Below, piece after piece: positions 38,534 to 48,496 of a DNA stretch of 64,000 bases (positions are counted from its first letter, which is position 1; every line of letters begins with the position of its first letter). The notes under the pieces are model-generated. The model ran no database searches and was not told the origin of the DNA. It saw only the letters and a list, made by a program, of their open reading frames with translations. The position numbers were made by a program, and so were the translations under genes. Source of the DNA: Octopus sinensis (lineage: Eukaryota). The stretch lies in NCBI RefSeq assembly GCF_006345805.1, contig NW_021832382.1, forward strand, positions 62,001 to 126,000, given 5' to 3'.

Positions 38534-39414
38534 TTTTAATAGGGTTAAAAAAATTAGACAGGTTTTTGCCGTGGCGACGACAGAGATTTTTTTGTTTATA
38601 CTATATTACAAATTTTTAAAGTTTTTTTTTGTTTGTTTTATTTTTTTGTTTTTAAATTATTTATTTTTATTTGTTTTTTTTTATTTTTTTTGTTATTTTC
38701 TAAAAATTCAACCGGATTGAATTTTTAAACTACTTTGATCCCTCTGGAATGCCGAATCATCTTTTAAAGTTAAAGAAGGAAAAGAAAATGAAATGACAGT
38801 TGACAACAGGTGGGTGGTGCCTTATAATCCACTGTTATGTAAGATTTTTGATGCTCATATTAATGTTGAATTTTGTAATTCTATTAGATCAATTAAATAT
38901 AGAACAGAGGGAACATATAAAACAAAAAAATTTAAAAAATAAAAAAAGAAATAAATAAAAATTAAAATAAAAAAAAAACAAAAAAATTAAAATAAAAAAA
39001 CAAAAAAAATAAAAAAATACAGACAAAGAAATTAAAAATTAAAAAAAAATAAAAAAACAAAAAAATTAAAAAAAAATAAAAATACAAAAAAAATAAATAA
39101 TTAAAAACAAAAAAAAGAAAAATATAAAAAACAAGGCCCAGGGACAGTCATTAAAGGTAGTTGGGTTATTTTTAGAGAGTGAGTGCTTTTCACATGGACA
39201 GCTGTATGTGGGATGCTCGAGGGTAGGCAGAAGAGAAAATTTATTCATATATGCCAAGGAAGGACGGACGACAAACATCGTTTATCAACAGGCGATAGAA
39301 TAGGGTTACATTAAACCAGGTAGTTTTATACATCTACATAAACTTATAGTTGTTGATGAAACAGGCCCTCCGCAGGAGCTAGGTCGCGGTGAGCGAAGCG
39401 AGCTGCCGAGCTAG
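38534..39414 (+). mobile_element. Non-autonomous Helitron, copy B (~880 bp)
   Basis: Rep remnant; helicase remnant KAQGQSLKVVGLFLESECFSHGQLYVGCSRV..TTNIVY; 3' hairpin region and CTAG^T. Confidence 0.92.
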
Positions 39415-39473
39415 TAAGTTTATAAATTAACTAAAAAATCCACTAAATTTATTGTCATTGATGACTGCTTATA

Positions 39474-41001
39474 CAGTACCGGTCATATGTTTTAGACATT
39501 TGGAAAAAAACCCAGTGCTCCATTTTTTTAAAGAAAAATCCAATAAAATAAAAGTTTTTTAGTAAGTATTATCTATATTATTTATATATTTATCATTTTC
39601 ATATCTTATCTTCGCTTTATCTTCGACTTCTTCATATGTTTAAGGATTTTGTCGAAATTGGCCCAGTCATATGTTTTAGACATTTTATTTAAATTCATTA
39701 TATTTCAATAAAATTTATACTTTTTTTCTATTTTTCGTATCGGAAACGTGTTTTAAATTAATTTGAAAGCAGTATGCCACGACTTTCTGTTGAACAGCGT
39801 CATAGAATTGTTTTTATGCGAGAAAATGGTCATACCGTACAGGAAATATCGATTTTACTTGGAATATCCAGATGCGCCGTAAATCACACTTACCAACGGT
39901 ATTTGGATGGAAATGGGTTTTACGACAGACCAAAATCTGGAAGAAATTGTATTCTTTCGGCACGTGCTCAAAGGAATCTTGTACGTGAGTCTCGACGTTT
40001 TCCCAAAAAAACAGCGAATGAAATCAGAAAAGACCTAAATATTACGGAAACCGTCAGTGTCGAAACTGTACGAAGAATCTTACGCAAAAATGAACTTTTC
40101 GGAAGAATAGCAGCCAAAAAACCTAGACTTTCAACTAATAATATCAAGAAGAGAAAAATATTCTGCACTAGAAACATTTCATTCGATTGGAATAAGGTCA
40201 TTTTTACTGACGAGTGCCGCATCGAATTAATTTCGAAAGCACGAGAATTCGTAAGGAGACCTCCTGGAAATAGATTCAATTCGAACTACACAACGAAAAC
40301 TCAGAAATTCGCACCTTCAATCATGGTTTGGGGCGGTATCAGACACGATGGAAAAAGTGCCTTGATATTGTGCGAAGGAAATGTAGATTCCGTAGAATAT
40401 CAACGAATCTTGGAACAAGGGCTTTCTGAGATATATGATAACTTTATTTTCCAACAAGATGGTGCATCATGTCATACTTCACGGTCTACAAAAAATTATT
40501 TGCTTGAAAAAGGAGTGAATATTTTAAACAATTGGCCTGCACAATCGCCAGATCTTAACATAATAGAAAATTGCTGGCATTATTTAAAGAGCAAAATCAG
40601 AAATAGAAACCCTCAGAACATTAAGCAACTATGGGAGATGGCAAAAGATGAATGGAACAAGATGGGAGATGATTATATTCAAAACTTGTATTTGTCGATC
40701 CCAAATAGAATACATGATGTAATATCGAAAAAAGGAGATGTAACTAAATACTAACTTGTGTTTTAATTAATAAAAACTCGTTTTAACTTTTAAAAATTCC
40801 AGATTATGCATGTGCATCGTAAATGTCTAAACATAAAAAGATCAAGATGTCGAAAATACAGTGACGATGAGATTGGGAAAAAATAAATAACTAAAAAAAT
40901 GGATAATGCTTAATGAAAAGCATTTTTTTAATAAGATTTTTCTTTAGAAAAATCAAACACTGGGATTTTTTCAGAATGTCTAAAACATATGACCGGTACT
41001 G
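39474..41001 (+). mobile_element. Intact Tc1-like transposon with DD35E triad
   Basis: Perfect 27-bp TIR CAGTACCGGTCATATGTTTTAGACATT and TA TSD. The empty site is at 32991-33010. Inner repeats of the TIR motif occur near 39665 and 40822. Confidence 0.97.
39774..40754 (+). CDS. Tc1 transposase, 326 aa, uninterrupted
   Basis: Paired-like HTH, GR(P)KSG linker, IFTDE, FQQD-(35 aa)-E (WPAQSPDLNIIENCW). Confidence 0.96.
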   Translation: MPRLSVEQRHRIVFMRENGHTVQEISILLGISRCAVNHTYQRYLDGNGFYDRPKSGRNCILSARAQRNLVRESRRFPKKTANEIRKDLNITETVSVETVRRILRKNELFGRIAAKKPRLSTNNIKKRKIFCTRNISFDWNKVIFTDECRIELISKAREFVRRPPGNRFNSNYTTKTQKFAPSIMVWGGIRHDGKSALILCEGNVDSVEYQRILEQGLSEIYDNFIFQQDGASCHTSRSTKNYLLEKGVNILNNWPAQSPDLNIIENCWHYLKSKIRNRNPQNIKQLWEMAKDEWNKMGDDYIQNLYLSIPNRIHDVISKKGDVTKY

Positions 41002-42504
41002 TACCTCAAAGACGAAAGATTTCAAAAGCACAAACTAGTTATTTGCATGCATAATGAGAGTAAGATGCAAACTATTGCAGATTCTATTCACCGGAATAGC
41101 CATTCTGGAATTCGTAAACTACAACATGAATGTCTACACTCCTATTTTACAATAAAGCGTAAAATTATCGAACGAGTCGTCAAAGAGTACTCAATATGCA
41201 AGTTTTCCATTCCACTTAAAGTATAAAATAAAAAACTTATATAGCAGGTTTCAGATTCTAAGTACCATGCGATTGCCAAAAGACCAAATGAACGATTCCA
41301 AGCAGACCTTATAGACGTTAAAAAATTTAACGATTCGAACGATGGCTACAAATGGATATTTACCGTCATTGACGTTTACAGTAAGTATGCCATTTGTAAA
41401 GGAGTTAAAAATACATCTGCAATAAGTATATTTATGTTTTATATTGGAATTTAGATATTTGTGAGGCAAGTTAAAAAAACGTAGACGCTTTATTTTAATA
41501 AATTTTTATTGTTGAAACGATTATTGATTAGAAATCAATGCAATTAAATTAATTATTAAATTTGACAGTCACCGACAGGCATTATTATTTATTGACAGGT
41601 GACATGTAAACACCATGGGATGGGTAGCTCGTGTGGGACGCGACATATTACATGACTCACCGTTACAAATGAACAAAGGATAACGAAAAACTCGTCAATA
41701 GAATAAAAATTTTTAGTACTTAAAAATGCCATGTTTATTAAAAAAATGAAAAAAATTTCAGGCAATTTTACAAAATTGATTCCCCAAATAGAGTTTATAC
41801 TGTATATAAAAAAAACTTAAGTGGTCGTGGGAAAACGACAAGTATATGAAAAAGTACAAAAAATGATTAAAAATTCAATAAATAAATATTTCAAAAAATA
41901 TTAGCGTTACAGAAATTTCAAAATGAGTAAAAGAAACAAATTATAGGAATAAATTCGAAAAATATCACAAAATGATGAAATTTCAAATAATTTAATCATT
42001 AAAAGAAACTGCATCTCGAAATATTCCAACTAAATCCAATAATATAAAAAATAAGAAAAGAGTTAATTATATACACAGCACCACAAGGTGAATCAACTGC
42101 GTGCTCACATGTGAAATAATTATTAGGTTTACCATTAAAAATTGAGATAATTAAACAATAATTAATAAAAAATAAACCATATTCTAATTAAAACATTCCC
42201 ACAGTAATTCTGCGAATTACGCGAGGAACTGCAGAGTCAGACACTTGGTTAATGTACTTATTGTATTAACATGGGATTGGCTGGTTACTCAAAAATTTCT
42301 ACAATCTGCAAGTTTTAATCGATGAGGCCTTTTTGGGAAGTTATCACAATCTCTATAAGCAGATTGTGCTCCTCATGTCCGCCTCGTTAGTCTGGACTTT
42401 AGTATTTGTATTTATTGTTGTATCGATACGAATCTTCACAGAGTAATTTGCACTCTTCGACGGGGGAATTGTTTCCATGGGTTAACAACCCGCAAGCATA
42501 ATTA

Positions 42505-45500
42505 CTGAATTATTGCGCACTCTGAATTATTGCGCGCGCGTTGTTGTTGTGGTGGTGGTTCACTTTTTATATTCATTTGTTCATTTGCTATTTGTTGTTC
42601 AATTCAATAATTCTCTCTCTCTTTCATTTCTCTTTATTCTCTCTCTTTTTCCATTTCTTTTTGTCATCCATTTGTTCATTGTTTTTATCTTGCTCTCTTT
42701 TTATGTCTTTCTGTTTCCAACCCACTTCTGTTCTATGCTCTACTTGCGAAGTTAGTAACAACCGCAAGAAAGGGAGAGTCTGTTCTAGTTGCGACAGATT
42801 CTTCCACCTTTCTTGTGTGCGTCTTTCCAGGCGCGTTTCTGCCTCTCTTAATTTGGGACTGTCCTTCCTGCCGCACTTGCCAGCCGGTTCAGTGTTCCAG
42901 CCCGCAAGAACTCCCCGAAAAAGCGCCATTCGCAACATCCCCGTCTGCCGAGGAAGTTCTCAAATCTATCAAGCTCTTCCGTCGTCTCCGGAAAATCCCA
43001 TCCAGAATCCCAAAAGCTGCGCGTATCTTTGCAGCCTCCTCCTTGTCCGCCGCAATCGATAATGCTTTGGCATCTGATGGCCATTCCGATTGGCTTAAGC
43101 TGTTTTGCTTCGCCTCTTTCGGTCTCGGTTTTGCCCCATTAAGAGCCCGTGTGAAAACCTCCTCCATCTCGCTGGCTACAACCGTCAAACAAGAATTGGC
43201 CTTGTACGATAAGAACTTTTTTTCCATCCGCTGGCTGCGGGACCACCTCGCTAGCTCCGAATTTCCCTCTGGTTCACCATCCCATAATGTGTCCTCTCAC
43301 GCGAATGACGTCGATTACCTCAACAGAAAGATTAATAGTAAACTCTTGGACGGCGACGTTCGTGGTGCAGTTAGGCTGGTTGCCTCGACAAGTTCCCTTT
43401 TGCCCACGACCCCTGCTGTTTTGAATTCCCTCAGGGAAAAACATCCCCCTCAGCCAAACGACTTCAGGCCTCAGCCGTCCCCTGACACCCTCGCTCTCAA
43501 TCCTTTTGCTGTCTCGGAAACTCTTGTACTGAATGCCCTGAGGGACTTTTCACCTGGAAGCAGTGGTGGTGTAGATGGTCTGAGACCAGGTCATCTGAAA
43601 GACCTGACGTCTCCCACTACCGCCGAAGCTGGTCGAAAACTCCTACGCTCAATCACCAACCTGTGCAACCGCTTCATCTCCGGTTCCCTCCCCGATTTTG
43701 CTCGTGATATTTTCTTTTCCGCCAACCTTACTGCCCTTGGAAAAAGGACAACGGCGTGAGGCCCATCGCCGTGGGCAATATTTTCCGGAGGCTCTCCGCT
43801 AAACTTCTGTGTCGAGCCATTGTTCCCTGCTTGTCCTCGAAGTTTCTGCCTGTCCAACTCGGGGTCGGCGTTCCTAACGGCTGCGAAGCTGCTGTCCACT
43901 CAATTCGTGACTTAACTGAATCATTTGAGGAGTTTATTATGGTCAAATTGGACGTTTCCAACGCATTCAATTCCATCAGGCGGGACCACCTTCTGGAGTG
44001 CTGTCGTGAATTAGTCCCTTTCGCCTATCCCCTTGTGCATCTCTCTTATGCTTGCTCAAGTATCCTTATGTTCAACGATATACCTATTTCTTCGGCACCG
44101 GGGTCCAACAGGGAGATCCCCTGGGTCCTGTCCTTTTTGCCTTGGGCGTTAACAGTATCGCTCACTCTGTTCGATCCCCAGTTAACATATGGTATCTGGA
44201 TGACGCAACCATTTGCGGTCCCCCCGATGCTGTTTTTGACGACCTTCGTTCTATCCTCCCTTCCCTCTCGGACATCGGCCTATCTATAAACGCCGATAAA
44301 TCCGAAATCGTGAACATTGCCTTAAATCCGAGTGACTTCACTGCTTCAATTTCCACGTGCCGAGGCATTCTCTCAGATGTCCGGATTACGGACAAATCAA
44401 ATCTTACGATCCTCGGTGCCCCCATGGGGCCTTCTGCCCTCGAATGCTCACTCGCTGGAAAAATTTCCCACTTATCCAAAATGATCGACAAGCTTAAAGT
44501 CATAGAGCCTCATGTGGCTCTTTTCCTCCTCCGAAACCACTTTTCCGTCCCTAAGATCCTTTACACCCTAAGATGCGCACCCTGCTTTCAAAGAGGCGAC
44601 CTTCTTTCCGACCTTGACAATATCCTCAGGCTCGGTACGAGCTCTCTTTGCAATCTGGCTTTCGACGATCCAGGCTGGACTCAGGCATCCCTGCCTGTGC
44701 GCTGGGGCGGCCTTGGCTTGAGATCCTATTCCGATCTTGCCCTCCCGGCATTCCTATCCGCTCATCACGCTTCTCGTACTCTCTCAGACATCGTTCTTAG
44801 AAACCTCCCCGAACGGAAATTGTCTGAAGTTTACTCTGCAGCCCGTGGTCGGTGGGAGGCTCGGTTTGGTTCGAAGCTGCCCAATTCTCAATTTCACAGC
44901 GTCAATGGGACGAAATCTCTTGTCAGGCAATCTTCGAAGGCCTGCTTCCTGTCTCCAATCAACACCGTGTCGCTTGCCTCCGTGCAGGTCGCTGTGAAGG
45001 CAGCGGTGTCTGGTTAAAGGCTCTCCCTCTCCCTTCCATCGGGAACCTGTTGGACAAGGAATGCCTAAGAATTGCAATCTCCCTCCGTGTCGGGCTGATG
45101 AAAATCTGCCAGACGCACAAATGCCGTTGTGGGGAACTGTTGACGAGTACGGTTTGCATCCCCTCGCTTGCCGGCGGAGTGCAGGTCGTGCCCCCCGTCA
45201 CAGTGAACTCAACTCAGTCATACAGAGAGCCCTCGCTTCAGCAGGCATCCCGTCAATCCTTGAACCTGTTGGATTGGATAGAGGGATGGCAAACGCCTTG
45301 ACGGCATGTCCACCTTCCCCTACGAGCAGGGGAAATCCCTTATTTGGGATTCTACCTGCTCGGACACGTTCTCGCTGGGAAATCTCGCTCTGTCCGCCGC
45401 CAATCCTGGGCACGCTTCCAGGCAGGCGAGGAGCGAAAGATTCTCAAGTACGGCCACCTCTCCAACTCGCTGCTCTTTACTCCAATTGCCGTGAAGTCCT

Positions 45501-45739
45501 CCGGGATCTTCGGTCCCAAGACACTCCGCTTCCTTCGCTCGCTCGGTCGACGGATTTCAAGGACTAGTCACGATCCAAGAGAGTTTCTTGGCTCCTGGAA
45601 CGTCTGTCGATTGCTGTGATCCGAGGGAACGGCTTCGCCATTCGCGAGGCTGGTCGGGTGTCTCGTGAGGCCTTTAATCAACTTAGCTATCTTTAATTTC
45701 TTTCTTGCTTTCATAACAAAGATTAATATTACAAAAAAA
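42505..45739 (+). mobile_element. Full-length CRE-like RT/RLE retrotransposon, family A, with N-terminal PHD finger
   Basis: Present only in duplication unit B (empty site GCATAATTAACATC at ~34482-34495). TSD AATTA, short poly(A) tail and pyrimidine-rich 5' UTR. Confidence 0.94.
42703..45696 (+). CDS. Single ORF: PHD finger - RT - CCHC - restriction-like endonuclease (several 1-nt frameshifts)
   Basis: C4HC3 [21 protein letters not shown] motifs [10 protein letters not shown] and WYLDD; HKCRCG..GLHPLAC; RH; PDG..LIWD; [10 protein letters not shown]; stop at 45694-45696. Confidence 0.85.
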
Positions 45740-46480
45740 AATTAACATCATTTCAGTATTCTTTATGCATTGGAACAAATAGATTGGAAACGCTTGTTTT
45801 CGATATTTTCCCAATAATATTCGCGTTGAATTTTCGGCAGGTCCGATACTGTCTATTCATTTACAGTTTCATTGTATTCCAGGATAAGAATTCCACGGTA
45901 GTGGCCATATGTGTTTTCTTTAGATTAATGGACGCAGAATTCCTGTTTTTTTAGGCAGTAGTTTGTTTTATGTTTCAAATCACCATAAAATTGAAGAAGC
46001 ATCCTTTCCGCTTTATTGCTAACTGACTCCAGGTCACTCCCAAATTCCTTTCTTGAAAGATAAAGTTTTTTTTGCCGGATATTTTTGTCCATAAAACTCG
46101 ACCGATATTCTTATCAATCTGACCAAACTCTCATGGCTCAAAGACCCTATTCATCGAGCCCATCAAGTAAGCAAGTTTTCATAGACAGACTTGAAATTCG
46201 TCGTAAATTTTTAAACGTTTTTTTCCAATTCAGCTATGTCAAAAAAGATTCAACTTTCTCTATCATCATTTCCATTACGCCATTGTAATTGGAAAATAGC
46301 TTTATATAGTCCATAAATAGAAGGTGGTTAGTAGCATATGCGGGTTCCCCCTGCCTGAGTCTCCCGTCATTACTTTCGGGAATTTTCCGTTGATCATTCG
46401 GCTTAGATGGTCCATTAACAACACAAAGATAAGAGATGAGAGAAAATCTCCTTGCAGTATACCTCTATTGATTTTAACTA

Positions 46481-48206
46481 TACCATTTACAACTCTATTT
46501 TGCATGTACGAAATTTAATTTGCGGTCAGTAAACTCATTTCTGCAATTAAGAAATGATTTTTGCGGTTAAGAAAGTCAATTTTGCAATCAAGAAAATTAA
46601 TTTGCGGTCATGAAAATCGGTTTGCAAGTGGGAAATTTAATTTGCGGCTAGGAAAAACCAATCTTGCAAGTAGGAATTTTTTTTTTTTTGAAAGCAAGAA
46701 ATAAATTAAAGATAGCTAAGTTAATTAAAGGCCTCACGAGACACCCGACCAGCCTCGCGAATGGCGAAGCCGTTCCCTCGGATCACAGCAATCGACAGAC
46801 GTTCCATTACTTTAGCAAGTAGGAAATATTACTTTAGCAAGTAGGAAATTTAATTTTGCAAATTCATTTTGTATAACCTCGACGCAACATTAATGCGTTT
46901 AAACAATATAAAGTATTTTTACGTTTAAAATTAAATTAAAAATGATACAAAATCGAGAAGCCTCCGAAAATTCACAAGAAAATGGTACAGAAGACATTTG
47001 CATAAACAGACAAGGAAGAGGACATTACGGAAAATATTCAATGGAAAAACGTAAATTGATCATAGACACATACGATAGAGATGGAGATTGGCGCTCTTTA
47101 TGCAGGTCTTTGGGAGTGAAAGAAAGGACCGCATATTATTAGATTAAAAATAAAAAATTGAATTACTTCCTAAAGGAGGAAAGATTTGGAGTAAAAAAAG
47201 TGAAGAAATTATATCTGCTCTATAAGTTGGATTAAATGTGATTGCCAGATCTCACTGGTCGAATGTACTGAAAAAATTCAAGCTCAATTACTGTTGTTTA
47301 AATACAGTAAAAAATTGGCTTGATGGACAATTAATTTCATTGAAATCAATTCAGACAATCACAATAAACATGAATACAGAGGAAAATAAAATTAAAAGAA
47401 TGGAGTATTTAACACATCTTTTGAATGCGAGATCTAAAGGAAGAACTATAATTTGGATAGATGAGTCGAATTTTAATTATTTTGTCGTCGTAAAGAAGGA
47501 CGTTCAAAAATTGGATGTCGGTCTATTGTTCTTGCACCCAGTAGCAGAGGATCAAATTTACATTGTATAGCTGCAATGTCATCGTCATAAATATATAATT
47601 TTAAGTGCAGAAGAGGCTCATATACAGGGGAGTCCTGTAAAACATGGTTTAAGCAACTTATTAATGAATATGATGCATCAGGAGTTACACACCCAACATT
47701 CGTAATTGATAATGGTCCTATTCACAGTCAACTTGAGTCTGTAATAAATCCAGGAGAAAATAGTGAATTATTAAGACTAGCGCCATATTCTTATTTAATC
47801 AACCCAATAGAACTTGCTTGGAGTTCATTCAAAGCTGAAGTAAAGAAAAGAGTTCGTGAAAATATGGATATAATTATAAATTATAAAAAAACTGCAAAGG
47901 GACTGTCAATAACCGAATTCAGAATGACAAAAGTTAATGGAATTCTTGAATCATGTGGAGAGATATTACCCCTCAATTATTCGATGTGAAGATTTAACTG
48001 ACAATTCTTTTTTGTAATAAAAATTTCTTGCAAAATAGAATTTCTCACTTGCAAAATTCATTTACTATTTGCAAAAATGATTTTCCTAACTTGCGGTCTG
48101 ATCAAACCGGATTTCTTACATGCAAAATTGACATTCTTGACTGCAAATTTAATTTCCAGATTGCAAAAATGATGTTCTCAGCTGCAAAATTGACTTGTAA
48201 ATGGTA
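46481..48206 (+). mobile_element. IS630/Tc1-like DNA transposon (DD33E) with periodic subterminal arrays
   Basis: TIR TACCATTTACAA at both ends and a TA TSD inside CTAG. The R4 RT frame (ISGL|VKINRGILQG) is restored across the insertion. Transposase at ~46942-47990 with WIDESNFN and VIDNGPIH-..-LAPYSYLINPIELAW (33 aa between D and E); stops and frameshifts are present. Confidence 0.88.
46677..46806 (-). mobile_element. 5'-truncated CRE-A 3' end with poly(A), copy in unit B
   Basis: Same insertion as 35433-35562, so it predates the duplication. Confidence 0.92.
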
Positions 48207-48496
48207 TAGTCCTGAAATATAGGTTTTTTTTAAATATTAGATTTTTATTTATGATATGAATACTGGAGTACATACGTGTGATCAGTATTACGCCAAATAT
48301 AGTCAAAATCAATTTGTTAAAAAATATTTTATTTTTCCCCATTTTTTCTTGAATGTTAACTTGAACTATATTTTTTAAATTCAATATTTTCGTAAAAAAA
48401 TACGAAGTAATTTATTTAATAAATAGTGTTTAATTATTATTGGCATATTGATTACTATTTAAATAATTAAAAAAGAAATTTGTCTTGTGGACGCAC

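Larger units (their letters stand above)
29782..46900 (+). repeat. Tandem segmental duplication: unit A 29782-35665 and unit B 38534-46900 (~3.6 kb each once private insertions are removed)
   Basis: Colinear, high-identity sequence. The Buster insertion is only in A; the DD35E Tc1 and full-length CRE-A are only in B. Each has an empty site in the other unit. Confidence 0.93.

Noticed and set aside
29821-42755. Hydrophobic Phe/Leu-rich 'membrane protein' ORFs (29821-30015, 39066-39278, 42513-42755)
   Set aside because: These are artefacts of T-rich Helitron tracts and the pyrimidine-rich CRE 5' UTR.
13184-45696. YLDD reverse transcriptases as bacterial retrons, group II introns or DGRs
   Set aside because: They have a downstream CCHC and PD..D endonuclease, poly(A) tails and 5' truncations typical of eukaryotic RLE non-LTR elements. 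No ncRNA or template-repeat structures were seen.
42490-45750. CRE-like elements targeting spliced-leader RNA genes, as in trypanosomes
   Set aside because: The insertion sites are an R4 remnant and a transposon subterminal array. I saw no SL-RNA-like unit (leader, donor, Sm site) or shared target motif.
29782-46900. Duplication A/B as a pure assembly artefact
   Set aside because: Each unit has private insertions with proper TSDs and matching empty sites, so they are distinct sequences. Tandem placement of two haplotypes cannot be fully excluded without reads.
46481-48206. 20/21-bp periodic arrays as a CRISPR array or satellite
   Set aside because: There are no unique spacers, the repeats are degenerate, the context is eukaryotic, and the arrays are inverted relative to each other at the two ends of one transposon.
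48028-48222. ORF with 7-residue periodicity
   Set aside because: It is a translation of the 20/21-bp subterminal array, not a gene.
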